64,000 bases of DNA. Source: Octopus vulgaris (Eukaryota). The stretch lies in NCBI GenBank assembly GCA_951406725.2, contig OX597821.1:113274001-113338000 (forward strand), written 5' to 3'. Shown here in pieces: positions 1 through 11,646 of this stretch (the first letter of the stretch is position 1; each line of letters begins with the position of its first letter). A model generated the notes under the pieces. The model was not told the origin of the DNA and made no database searches. It was given only the letters and a program-made list of their open reading frames with translations. The position numbers and the translations under genes were made by a program.

Positions 1-81
1 ACATGCTGCGTAATCTAGGAATCGAACCCACGACGTTACTACTGTGAGTCCAACACTCTAACGACTAAGCCACGTGCCTTC
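1..81 (-). mobile_element. tRNA-derived SINE (family C) 5' head, truncated by the window edge
   Basis: Reverse complement reads GAAGGCACGTGGCTTAGTCGTTAGAGTG...GGTTCGATTCC (A and B boxes); similar head at 9900-9976 and 14340-14381. Confidence 0.8.
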
Positions 82-411
82 GCATTCTTAAGGGTTAGTA
101 TAGAAATAATTGCCCAAAGTAAATGAAGCTAGCGTTTAGTTTAAACTATTGCAGGCTGGGGGTGGGGCTTTGGGGGTGGGGAGGAAGTACTAACTGGTGT
201 GAAGTTTTGAGGCAATGTGAGCAGCCTTCCATTGTAGGTCAAATTTCCATTTTCTGATGAATTAATAAACTAATCTAATAAGTAAACACACCTTATATGA
301 CGTAGGAGGAGGAGGAAGATTGTTTTCTTGTGCCAAGCGTTTTCAATGCTGGTTAAAGAAACTGTTCGTCGTCCTGATAATATGATCAACAAAAGGGAAC
401 TGCTCTGAATC

Positions 412-567
412 GGAACAAAGGCTCTAAATCAGAAATGTCTCTGATAATCCGGAACAAACGCTCTAATTCGGAACTGTCTCAGTTAATCAGAAATAAAAGC
501 TCTTATTCGGAACTGACGCAATAAATCCGCGATAAAGACTCTAATTGGTAACAGTCTCAGATAATCC
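412..567. repeat. 39-bp minisatellite, 4 diverged units
   Basis: Units start at 412, 451, 490, 529, consensus about GGAACAAAGGCTCTAATTCGGAACTGTCTCAGATAATCC. Confidence 0.85.
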
Positions 568-1231
568 AGGATCTGCGGTAAAGAATATCAAGAGTCAGTG
601 CTTTCTCGCAGATAGGTGAAGCTCTGCTCTCATAGAAACGGCCGTAGCGATTGAAAACAAGTGGCAGGACAATTTGTTATCTATATGATACTAAAGTTCT
701 GTGCTAGCGTGCTTGCTTGCGTACTTGTCTGTAATTTAATACAGCCAAACCGGCACATAATGGGGAAAATACTCTGATAGTAAGGTGCCCCTAAAATGTG
801 AATACACAGAATAAAACATGTTTCACGTAAATCGTACCACGGGTTCCCGAGATACGCGGGTTTTTCGGGTACCTTGAACTTATTGGTGACCCAACGGTTC
901 ACGAGTAGTCTAGTGTGTCATAAAATTAAGATGGTTACCAACATTTTAAATTGATTTGTTACCATGATGGCAAAGACAGATGAATTATTTTGGTTTAAAT
1001 TCTATTTTGCCTTCTCCCTAATAAAGAGGGGAAAGGGCAAATAAAGAGCTTGGGATTTGTCAATCGGAGGGTCACCGAGTTACATGGCCTGAGTCACATG
1101 TTTTTGCGGCTATTTTATTGGAGTGACGGACCTTTGTTGTTTCACTCGGCATGCTGACCTCCATATCACGAGAAATGAATTTGTAAATCTTACTATTTAG
1201 CTTGAATTGTAATGGTTGATATTGGTTTCAG

Positions 1232-1440
1232 ATGTTGGCACAAGGCCAGGAATTTCGGGGGAAGGGGTCAAGTCTATTACATCGACCACAGTGCTCAAAT
1301 AGTTGCTATTTTATCGATCCCGGAAGGATGAAAGGCAAGGTCAACCTCGGTGTAATTTAAACTCAGAACGTAAAAACGGACAAAATGTCGCATAGCATTA
1401 CTGCTCGCCGTACTAACGGTTCTACTAACTCGCCATCCTT
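1232..1440 (-). mobile_element. SINE family A, diverged copy
   Basis: Reverse complement matches 3033-3250 (GGCGAG...GTTCTGAGTT...CCTTTCATCCTT...GATCGATAAAA). Confidence 0.8.
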
Positions 1441-1689
1441 GTTATAAGTTAATATTAATCTTACTGGAAGTGTAACATACGTGTTGATAACAAATAAGCT
1501 GAACAGCAAAATAAAGTCTTGTCAACGAATGTTGCGCATCAGAGAAAGAAATGCAGAAGACTTCTTTTTTTTGTAAGGGAAGCATTTGTCATCATCGCTT
1601 GTTAAATTAGTCGGACAGTTTGTTTTGGTGTCAGTCATGAGAGAAAAGAATGCCACCACATCCTATGGCCAGCAAAATGTAGATTATTT

Positions 1690-1892
1690 CAGTGGTTCTC
1701 AATCTTTTTAATATCGGGAACAGATTAAAAAACTGGATTTTTTTAGGGGCCGCATCCAAAAAATGTAAAACATAAGTCAATTAAAGAAAAAAATTGTTAT
1801 ATTTCAAGATGGAAGACTCGGTGGGGTGCTGGTCAGTGGATGGATGATTGAGGGCCGCATGTGGCCCTGGGAGTCGCGGTTGAGAACCGTTG
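1690..1892. mobile_element. hAT/Charlie-like MITE, old
   Basis: TIRs CAGTGGTTCTCAA / TTGAGAACCGTTG, internal GGGCCGCAT motifs, degenerate 8-bp flanks GATTATTT/ATCTATTT. Confidence 0.7.
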
Positions 1893-3032
1893 ATCTATTT
1901 GCTAACTTTGTCCGTCCATGATAGGCTGCTGGTTTTGCTTTCGTTTTGAAAACCAAAGTGGGCCGTGAGACTAAAATGGGTAAGAAATACTGATGCAAGA
2001 TGTTTACAAAGAAAAAAAAAACACTCAAGCTAAAAATCGTTGTTCGTTTCAGCGGTAGTTATGAGAGAAGAACCACACCCTAGGGCTAATAAATTGCAGA
2101 AGATATTTAAAAAGCTTTCGACTTCATTTTAAGCAAAACGGATGGGGTGGGGTTTGAATAGTTTGTTTCGGGGCTAAGTTATAAGAGTAGGGAATGAGAC
2201 TACGCCCTATGGCCAACAAAAAATATCTAAAATATTAAAAACACACACATACCTTACTATACTGTCCCTGTGCAGTTTCGTGAAATATATCTCATATCAT
2301 TTCGTTTTTATTTGTGCTAAATACTCAAAACATCCCCAAAGATAAAATAATAGTAAATATCATAGAATGACATTTTAGGAGAATATCTTTTCGGCATATC
2401 ATTTAGAAGGGTACCTTTAGTTTAGCTTAATTCTTGCTGACTGAAATATAATATCTATGTTATCAATCCTTTATAGTTTAGTTCTTACCAACTGAAATAT
2501 GATAATATGATGTCTTTGTCACTGTTGCTTTTCATTTCTTTCGCGGAACTCGGTGTCGAATTATCAGAAGGTGGAGCGTACGATAAGCTATTCTTTTAAC
2601 ACTATTTTTTATTTACTTTTTCTTATCGTTCTTTAGTTTTATCTGAACTCGTAAATTGAGAACTGGATGGTTACAAAACTCTGACCAACAAAATTATTTT
2701 CTAACAAAGGAATATTTAGGATGTATGCTTGAGTTATAGGAAATTCCGTCAGAAACATTTTTGCCGTAAGAAAATTAACCGTAAAAAAAAAAAAAAAATT
2801 TCAAGCAAAAACAAAATGGCTGTTTTCTTAAAATGGCAACTTGCTCAGTTAACCTACCAATTAGAGAAAGGTAATTTCTTTATAATGAGTTTTCTAGTGT
2901 ACAGTCTACATGTGTTCCTCCTTTACAGGAAAAATGTTTACGGCGAATTTTCAGGACACGGTACGGTTATTGCATCCTCCAGAAAATAATTATAGATATG
3001 TTTTCGTTTATGACAATATAATGTATACCTCG

Positions 3033-3250
3033 AAGGCGGCAAGCTGGCAGAACCGTTAGCACGCCGGGCGAAATGCGTAGCCGTATTTCGTCTGCCGTTA
3101 CGTTCTGAGTTCAAATTCCACCGAGGTCGACTTTGCTTTGCATCCTTTCGGGGTCGATAAATTAAGTACCAGTTACGCACTGGGGTCGATGTAATCGACT
3201 TAATCCGTTTGTCTGTCCTTGTTTGTCCCCTCTGTGTTTAGAAAGAAATA
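3033..3250 (+). mobile_element. SINE family A (tRNA-like head, central CCTTTCATCCTTTCGGGGTCGATAAA domain)
   Basis: GGCGGCAAGCTGGCAGAACCGTTAGC...GAGTTCAAATTCC B-box-like motif; more than 10 related copies in the window. Confidence 0.85.
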
Positions 3251-3504
3251 TAATGTGTGTGTGTGTGTGTGTGTGCCCTGCAGAATTTAATATGAATATT
3301 GCAGCATACACAGCTTTCTAAACGCGAATAAAATCATTGACCTGAACAAGAAGTTAATCTGGCTTTATGAAGACTATCCAATGTTTTTGTTGTTGTTGTT
3401 GTAGGATAACTTTGAACAATAAGGTGTTATCCATAGATCCGGATCTATAGATCTAGTGCCCCAAACATTGATTACCTTTGCTCGGCTTAAGACTATTCTG
3501 TGTA

Positions 3505-3907
3505 TTCTTATTTCCTTACTAACCACAAGGGGGGACAAACAAGGACAGACAGACGGATTAAGTCGATTATATCGACCCCAGTGCGTAACTGATACTTATT
3601 TAATCCACTCCGAAAGGATGAAAGGCAAAGTCGATCTCGACGGATTTGAACTCAGAACGTAGCAGCAGACGAAATACCTATTTCTTTACTACCCACAAGG
3701 GGCTAAACACAGAGGAGACAAACAAGGACAGACAGACGGATTAAGTCGATTATATCGGCCTCAGTGCGTAAATGGTACTTATTTAGTCGACCCCGAAAGG
3801 ATGAAAGGCAAAGTCGATCTCGGCGAAATTTGAACTCAGAACGTAACGGCAGACGAAATACGGCTACGCATTTCGCCCGGCCTGCTAACGTTTCTGCCGG
3901 CTCGCCT
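3505..3907 (-). mobile_element. SINE family A with tandemly duplicated body
   Basis: Two near-identical ~180-bp body modules (3520-3680, 3690-3860) behind one head. Confidence 0.85.
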
Positions 3908-4197
3908 ATTCCGTGTATTCTAGCATCTATAGGGTGCTTTGTCGAGAAGAGCAATTAATTTTCCGCTTGGTTACAGCTGCTCTGAGGGATATCATAACCG
4001 ACTGGCTTTCTTTCCTCATTCCCGAAACACTGAAAAACCGCCCACACATGTGTACTCAACATCATCCCTTTCTCCCCACCCACCCCTCACCCACATCATA
4101 TGATACCCTTTCTAACTCCTAAAATTATTCCGACCATCTATTAAATCAATCTCTATCAAGTCACCCACATCCCGTACTGTCATGACTCGCTCTGTTC

Positions 4198-4420
4198 AAG
4201 GCGGCGAGCTGGCAGAAACGTTAGCACGCTGGGCGAAATGCGTAGCCGTATTTCGTCTGCCGTTACGGTCTGGGGTGGCGATAGGGGTGGTCCACCCCAG
4301 GCAGCACTTTTAAAGAGGCTGTACTTTTGGGTCTGCTGTAGGCAATGTGTTTATTGTGCGGTCCGGGGATGGCAAACGGAGGGGTCAGCCGGGGCGGCAC
4401 ACACTCTAGCTACGTTATTG
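4198..4420. mobile_element. SINE A head (4198-4268) joined to a reversed GC-rich hAT-like MITE (4270-4420)
   Basis: 4270-4420 reverse complement aligns with the 22293-22461 MITE (GTGTGCCG...GCAGACCCAAAAGT...TTTAAAAG). Confidence 0.7.
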
Positions 4421-5808
4421 TTTGAACCTCTACATTTTTTTTTTTTCGTTTTCTTGCTTCTTGTTGCTGTCGTTTTCGTATGCCTTTACTTGTAATTTAC
4501 TTTCTGAATAAGTGCATTGATGCCCGAATTGATAAGGTGGACGTGGGCACCGAAAAAATCAACCCAGAGTTTGAATGTTCGTATCCTGTCGGTTTTGTAT
4601 TTCGTCCGCGGTCAAAACACCCAACGGTCAACGATTTCTGCCATCTTTCACCAAGAAGGTCGTTATTGTTGTTGGTGTTATTCTTTAGTTCCAAATCAGC
4701 AAAGAGAGTAACAGGCCCGTTATTGAAGTCATTCCAGGTATGACCATCTTGTTTTTTTTTCAATTATAAATAAACACGGACTACATTATCTTTCCTTAAG
4801 ACAGCCAGGTGTGGTTTGAGGTTAATTTCTCTGTTATTTTCAGCAGATGAAGCAGTTAGGTAGAGACCACCTCAAAGGTCCTGTACTGCGGTTATTATTT
4901 AACACTAGTCTAGTCCTATGCAGACCTATGATTAAAGGTAGTCGAACCACGACCACCCCATATTGTTTTCAGTAATAGTATATCTAAGTCTACATTATTC
5001 AATACATTTATTTGTTTATTTTTCTTTGTATTTTTTTTTTCCGAAGAAGGCTGAGAGTGACACAGATGGAAGATGTACCTCCTGGGGTGGCCCTTCACTT
5101 TGCCGCAACCGTACCTGTCTCCTATACAGGCTTATACAGCACACCCAAAAGTGCCGCCTGCATGAAAGCGTCAACAAGGCCGGATCGTCCCAGATACACT
5201 ACTACGTCTAGATATTTACTTGGGCGATATTTGGTTGCTATTCTAGCAATTCGAGCGACTCCATAGATTCCCCCCTTCCTTACTGGCTCATTGGTACCCC
5301 AAGGGGGTATCATTCACTGTTTACAGCCTTGATATCTGTGGGTGGAACTGATAAACGATTTCTTAGCACGTTGTACCGACTCGAACTCCTCTCATAGGAA
5401 TAACTTCCATAGATCAGTTATTTCCACTGTATTATGAATGTAAATATTAATCATCCGCTTCATGTTTCAGAAGCTGGTGACGAATCCCCACGCTACGGAT
5501 GCCTACGATACGTAAAATGGTTAGAAAGGAGAAACAAGCAGTTAACTAGATTCTTAGGGGCAGGTGAGGTTACTTACAGATTGCTAAATATAAAACTGAT
5601 AACGTAGATATTAAGGCCACAGTTACCTCATATATATATATAACACGTACATACACACTCACAAGTACACATATACACATACATACTCACACATACACAT
5701 ATACACACATACACCACGTACATATGTACACCACCTCCACCACACACATACGTACACACACACATGAACACACATTCATACATACACACACACGTACTCA
5801 CACACCGC

Positions 5809-5854
<46 letters not shown>

Positions 5855-6354
5855 TCGCCGTACTTAAGATAGAATTACAGAACGTGGTTCCCACAGGGCT
5901 TCCCATATGGGCGATTGGCCTAGAATCTTGCCTGCCGTAGAAGTCTGTTTAAACTGCACCAAACATGTGAATAAAACAGAATTTATAAAGAACTCCACAC
6001 ACAAAAAAAAAAAAAAAACGAAAAGTAAAAAGAATAACAGGAACGCAGTTTAATTAGTAAGAAAGATAAATGATCGACAGCAGACGAAACTAATTCATAT
6101 ACTATCGTATGCCATCAGTTGAGGGATGCATCTTCTCTGTAAGACTTCTCTTTCAAACAGGATGTATTGAATTACAGCTGGATTATAATAAATTAAGGTA
6201 CATTAAGGGTATCTCTTTGTCGTCTCTTACTTAAGGCTATGCTCTTACGCTCTATGCTCCGGTGATGTGTTTCGTTGGTATCTGTAATAATTAAGTTCCT
6301 TCCGTTCAGTTTTCTTTCCTTTCCCGTCCTACAAATATTTTTTTTTAATCTTTA

Positions 6355-6726
6355 TCTCTCTATATATAAACGGCAAAATGTCTGTCTGTGTGTGTGCGTG
6401 TCCTTTATACAAATCCACAATTTTTCCGTTAGAGGGCTCGCACTTTCTATGGTCATTCAAAAGCGTCCAAGGGTGGTCGTGCACATCTTTACATTTCCCC
6501 AGTCACCCCGCAAAGCCATTAAAAAATCAATAGAAGTGACTTTTTTGTGAATTTTCTATCCAAAACCCAATCAAAATGTCCGAAACTTGATACGCCAATT
6601 GAATGCCAGCTAACTGTATGTGGTTGGTCGGAGATTTGGACAGTACTTGTGTGTATGTGCGCACGCACGCAGCTGTATATGCATGCACTAGCAGTATGAC
6701 CCGGTGTTGCCGGGTCATAGTGCTAG
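6355..6726 (+). mobile_element. Non-autonomous Helitron
   Basis: 5' TC after A, 3' hairpin TATGACCCGG-TGTTG-CCGGGTCATA then CTAG|T; same 5' end as 20327-20710 and same 3' end as 45558. Confidence 0.8.
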
Positions 6727-6957
6727 TATATTTTAAAAACGTTTTTGTCGGCATCTTTTACATCGTTTATACTCGACTTGTTTCAGTCATTGGACTGCGG
6801 CCATGTTGGGGCACAAGCATTCGAGGGTTTTAGTCGAACAAACCAATCCCGGTACTTACATGGAGTTTGATATTTATTCTATCGGTTTTTTTGCCGAACG
6901 GAGACATGAGCAAACCAAAACCTGTTATCAACCGGTGGATGCCAAACACAGATACAA

Positions 6958-6998
<41 letters not shown>

Positions 6999-7003
6999 CA
7001 CAC

Positions 7004-7097
<94 letters not shown>

Positions 7098-7117
7098 GTA
7101 GATAGGTAGGTAGGTAG

Positions 7118-7265
7118 GAGCCGGCGTGACTGTGTGGTGAGAAGCTTGCTTCCCAGCCTCATGGTTCCAGGTTCAGTCCCACTGCCTGGGACCTTGGGCA
7201 AGTGTCTTGTTCTATAGCCCTGGGCCGACCAAAGCCATGTGAGTGGATTTGGTAGACAGAAACTG
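7118..7265 (+). mobile_element. SINE family B, 5' part
   Basis: Matches 7838-7985. Confidence 0.8.
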
Positions 7266-7269
7266 TACG

Positions 7270-7768
7270 TGTAGTAAGCGGTGCTGCCTCGTGACCTCAA
7301 CAACTTGTACAGGACTACAACTATTGTGTAACCTTACTAAGAACTGGTAAATTAACTCCATCTTGTCTGAAATTTCCTGAGAGACTCTTTTCTATGCTCT
7401 GTATTTTGTCTTACCTGCGCACACCTGGTTTGTACTTATGTTCACTCTTGTAACGCACACACGGACACACAGACACAAACACTTGTTACACGCACTATAC
7501 CTACAACGGACACACAGACACACTTGTCGCACGCACTCAGACACTCCAATTTGCTAGCAACCATACTTTATCCTATTGTACACTTCTGTGAAATAAAGTC
7601 TTTCTTCTCTCAAACAGTAGAACGGTTGTGTTGTTCTCCTTATTCCTTTTGGCACTGATTCTTTTATACCATGTATTTTGGCTTATTCTTCTTTGTAGGC
7701 GACCGTACGGCGTTTAAAAGGAAACATTTCTGACATCCACTCCTTTACGTACGGTCGTTTTTACTACA
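7270..7768 (+). mobile_element. LTR-like fragment (3' half of the LTR family at 29754-30891)
   Basis: Shares GTGACCTCAAC...TTGTACAG, AATAAA, CGGTTGTGT...CTCCTTATTCCTTT, GGCGACCGT with 30380-30891; ends in ACA; no TSD found. Confidence 0.65.
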
Positions 7769-7837
7769 GTCTTGGAACTAGGTTAGAAACCGGCTCTTTC
7801 TCTATTGACAAGAAATCTTGAGATAAAACTGAACATA

Positions 7838-8240
7838 GGCGCAGGAGTGGCTGTGTGGTGAGTAGCTTGTTTACCAACCACATGGTTCCGGGTTCAGTCC
7901 CACTGCGTGGCACCTTGGGCAGGTATCTTCTACTATAGCCTCGAGCCGACCAAAGCCTTGTGAGTGGATTTGGTAGACGGAAACTGAAAGAAGCCCGTCG
8001 TATATGTGTATATATGTGTATGTGCGTGTATGTTTGTGTGTCTGTGTTTGTCCCCCTAGCATTGCTTGACAACTGATGCTGGTGTGTTTATGCCCCCGGC
8101 ACTTAGCGGTTCGGCAAAAGGAGACCGATAGAATAAGTACTAGGCTTACAAAGAATAAGTCCCGGGGTCGAGTTGCTCGATTAAAGGCGGTGCACCAGCA
8201 TGGCCGCAGTCAAAATGACTGAAACAAGTAAAAAGAGAAA
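7838..8240 (+). mobile_element. SINE family B, full length (tRNA head, CORE-like CCTTGGGCAAGTGTCTT domain, internal TG microsatellite)
   Basis: A-box-like TGGCTGTGTGG 7848-7858, B-box-like GGTTCAGTCCC 7891-7901; many copies in the window. Confidence 0.85.
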
Positions 8241-8254
8241 AAGAGAAAGAGAAT

Positions 8255-8379
8255 TAACATACATGTATACGTGTATATATGCGCGAGCGCGTGTATGTAT
8301 ATGTGTATATATGTATGTGTGTGTAAATGTATGTATGTGGATATGTATGTGTGCGGATATGTATGTATGTATGTCTGTA

Positions 8380-8418
<39 letters not shown>

Positions 8419-8810
8419 GTATATGTCTGTATGTATGTGTATGTTGATTGTGTGTGTATATGTATGTGTGTATATGTATGTGTGTATATGTCTGTATGTA
8501 TGTGTATGTATGATTGTGCATGTGTGAATCTGTGTGTATATGTGTGTATATATATGTGTGTATGTCTGTATGTATGTGTGTGTGTATGATTGTGTATGTG
8601 TGTGTATATGTGTGTATATGTATGTGTATATGTCTGTATGTATGCGTATGTTGATTGTGTGTGTATATGCATGTGTGTGTATGTCTGTATGTATGTGTGT
8701 GTATGATTGTGCATGTGTGTGAATGTGTGTGTATATGTGTGTATATATGTATGTGTGTATGGTGTGTATGTCTGTCTGTATGTGTATGTACGATTGTGTG
8801 TGTGTGTGTG
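8255..8810. repeat. Compound (TG/TATG) microsatellite with higher-order repetition
   Basis: Recurring TATGTCTGTATGTATGTG...ATGATTGTG blocks. Confidence 0.9.
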
Positions 8811-9503
8811 GGGGGGGTTCCATCTGCCAAATTCGCTGATCGGTCGGCCCGGAATCCAGCTGAAGAGACCTTTTCTCCCCGCAAGGTTCCACGCAATGGG
8901 ACTGAACTTGAAACTGCAAAAGTTGCGAAGCGAGCTTCTTGAGCAGACAGACACATTCTCCCCAGGGGGGTAATTATGGAATGTAGCATCAAAAATAGAC
9001 ACGACTTTTGTCTCGACGGGTTCGCCATTTTGTTTATTTACATAAAACGTCCGTTTGAGGAGATCAGAGAAATCGTTTTTAATAATTAGGATCTAATCCC
9101 TGTTGAGACAAAAAAAAAAAAAAAAAACTTCTTCATCTGTTTTACTCATTATAAGATTCTTATGAGTTATGTATTCTCCTTAGGAACTTCGTCTTTTATG
9201 ATTTATTCTTTTGCTTGATTTCAACCATTAGACTGCGGCCATGATCGGGGCACCGCCCTGAAGAATTTTTCCCTTTATTTATTTATTTATTTATTTTTTG
9301 GTTGAATGAATTGTTTCCAGTACTTATTTTTTAAAACCTGGTTCTTATTCTGTCGGTGTCTTTTGCTGAACTGTTAAGTTACGGGAACGTAAACATGCCA
9401 ACACCGGTTGCCAAGTGGAGGTGTGCGGGAAGCCTTTGAATTACAAGTTCAACTCATTTTTGACAGCTGACCAGACACAAAGACACACAGAGAGATATCT
9501 ATC

Positions 9504-9651
<148 letters not shown>

Positions 9652-9976
9652 GTGGAGCACTCCATCTGTTGCAACGACGAGGGTCCCAGCTGATACGATC
9701 AACGGAACAGCTTGCTCGTGAAATTAACCTGCAAGTGGCTGAACACTCCACAGATACATGTACCTTTAACATACTACTCAGGGAGATTCAGTGTGACACA
9801 GAGTGTGACAAGGCTGGCCCTTTGAAATACAGGTACAACTCATTTTTGCCAGCTGAGTGGACTGGAGTAACGTGAAATGAAGTGTCTTGCTCAAGGACAC
9901 AACGCGTTGCCGAGAATTGAACTCATGACCCTACGATCATGAGCCGAATGCCCTAACCACTAAGCCTAGTGCCTTC
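9652..9976 (-). mobile_element. SINE family C
   Basis: Reverse complement begins GAAGGCACTAGGCTTAGTGGTTAGGGC...GAGTTCAATTCTC...GTGTCCTTGAGCAAGACACTT; tail shared with 14014-14200. Confidence 0.85.
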
Positions 9977-10034
9977 GTACACACACACACATACACACAC
10001 ACAGACATATATATATGTATGTGTGTGTGCGTGT

Positions 10035-10083
<49 letters not shown>

Positions 10084-10106
10084 TGTGTGTGTGAGTGTGT
10101 GTGCGC

Positions 10107-10146
<40 letters not shown>

Positions 10147-10147
10147 A

Positions 10148-10800
10148 CAGAGCTGGGCGAAAGTCCGTTAATCGTTAATTAACGACGTTAACATCTTCGT
10201 AAACGATTTAACTTGTAAGTTAACTTTGGAAATCATTATCGGGCTAATTAGCTTCTGTTACAATTATCTTCCGTTAACTCAAGTCCGTTAACCCCAAGAT
10301 TTCATAAAAACCGGTAAACGTTTAAAAGTTTTTTATTGTTTTCAGATTGTCTTAGCATATTCAATATAGTACGCGTGTTTCATTCTTCTCGAGCGAGCAA
10401 TTGTTGGTGGACTTGTTCATCAAGCTCAACACAGCCATCCCTTCCAGTGCTGCAGCTGAACGTTTATTTCCCATGGGCAAGGACATGCCAAGAGTGCCAA
10501 GAGATCGTCCTTGTCTGATGAAAATATTTGTATGTTAATTTTCATGAAGGGCAACATGAATCTCATCAACAAAATAGAGAGGATGAGGAAAAATCAAATT
10601 ATGTATATATATATATATATATATCGTGATTTTCATTTTTTTATTTTTTATTTTTTTATGGCTACTTTATCAATAAACGTTTTTTTAGTTTAATATTAAT
10701 ATTGTGTCTCATTTCAGCTTTTTAAAAATACTTTTCGGGTTCTAAAAGCCTTTAAAAACCAAAAAAAAAAACAAAAAGGTTTAAAACTATGAAATCAGCC
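10148..10800 (+). mobile_element. Internally deleted hAT transposon with remnant of the C-terminal dimerisation domain
   Basis: Starts CAGAGCTGGG with GTTAAC-rich subterminal repeats; ~10385-10600 translates LLVDLFIKLNTAIPSSAAAERLFPMGK /frameshift/ AKRSSLSDENICMLIFMKGN, the hAT dimerisation motif (PSSxxxERxFS...RxxLS); right TIR not found. Confidence 0.75.
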
Positions 10801-10855
10801 TTTTTTAGGCCCTTTAAAATTTAAAACTATAAAATCAGGTTCGAAATTTCCCCAA

Positions 10856-10901
10856 GACACCTGATGAAGGCGGGAGGCTATATCAGCCGAAACGTTGTGC
10901 T
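10856..10901 (+). ncRNA. Minimal Penelope-type hammerhead ribozyme motif
   Basis: GACAC-CTGATGA-a-GGCGG..TCAGCC-GAAA-CGTT-GTGCT: intact core, stem II, palindromic ACGT stem III, stem I GACAC/GTGCT with one mismatch; lies in a fragment (10836-10980) of the element at 56214-56520. Confidence 0.65.
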
Positions 10902-10992
10902 AACAACAAAGAAGATGAGGACAAATATCCGTCAAATGTAAATAATGTACATAATTCCTCATCTCTTAAATATAGAACTGGAGTTGTTTTTC

Positions 10993-11280
<288 letters not shown>

Positions 11281-11646
11281 CTGTTTCAACACACGACTTC
11301 ACATAAAAAATCTTGCACAACAAATATTTAAACGTATATATATATACATACATATATATATATACATACATACATATATATAAAATAGTGTACATTTAAA
11401 CACAAAAGAAAACTACCCTTTAACTGGTAATTTTTACAAGCTAGAAATAGCAGCCAACACGGCCAAAACCACGATTTAATTGCAATTTTCGAAGTAAATG
11501 AAAAATAAAAACTTTTACCTTGTTATTTATTACATGGTTTCGAATTTCGTTAGCAAATAAGATTATTTACCATCCTTTAATAGGTAATTTAACAAAACAA
11601 TATTATCCACCAGGCGAATTCTCATCAGTAACCGGCCTCATGTATA

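Noticed and set aside
412-567. Regularly spaced repeats resembling a CRISPR array
   Set aside because: Whole units are homologous with no unique spacers, no cas genes, eukaryotic context
2938-3958. Recurring short ORFs of type MRNWYLIYRPRKDERQSRPRRNLNSER, suggesting a peptide gene family
   Set aside because: Antisense translation of SINE family A
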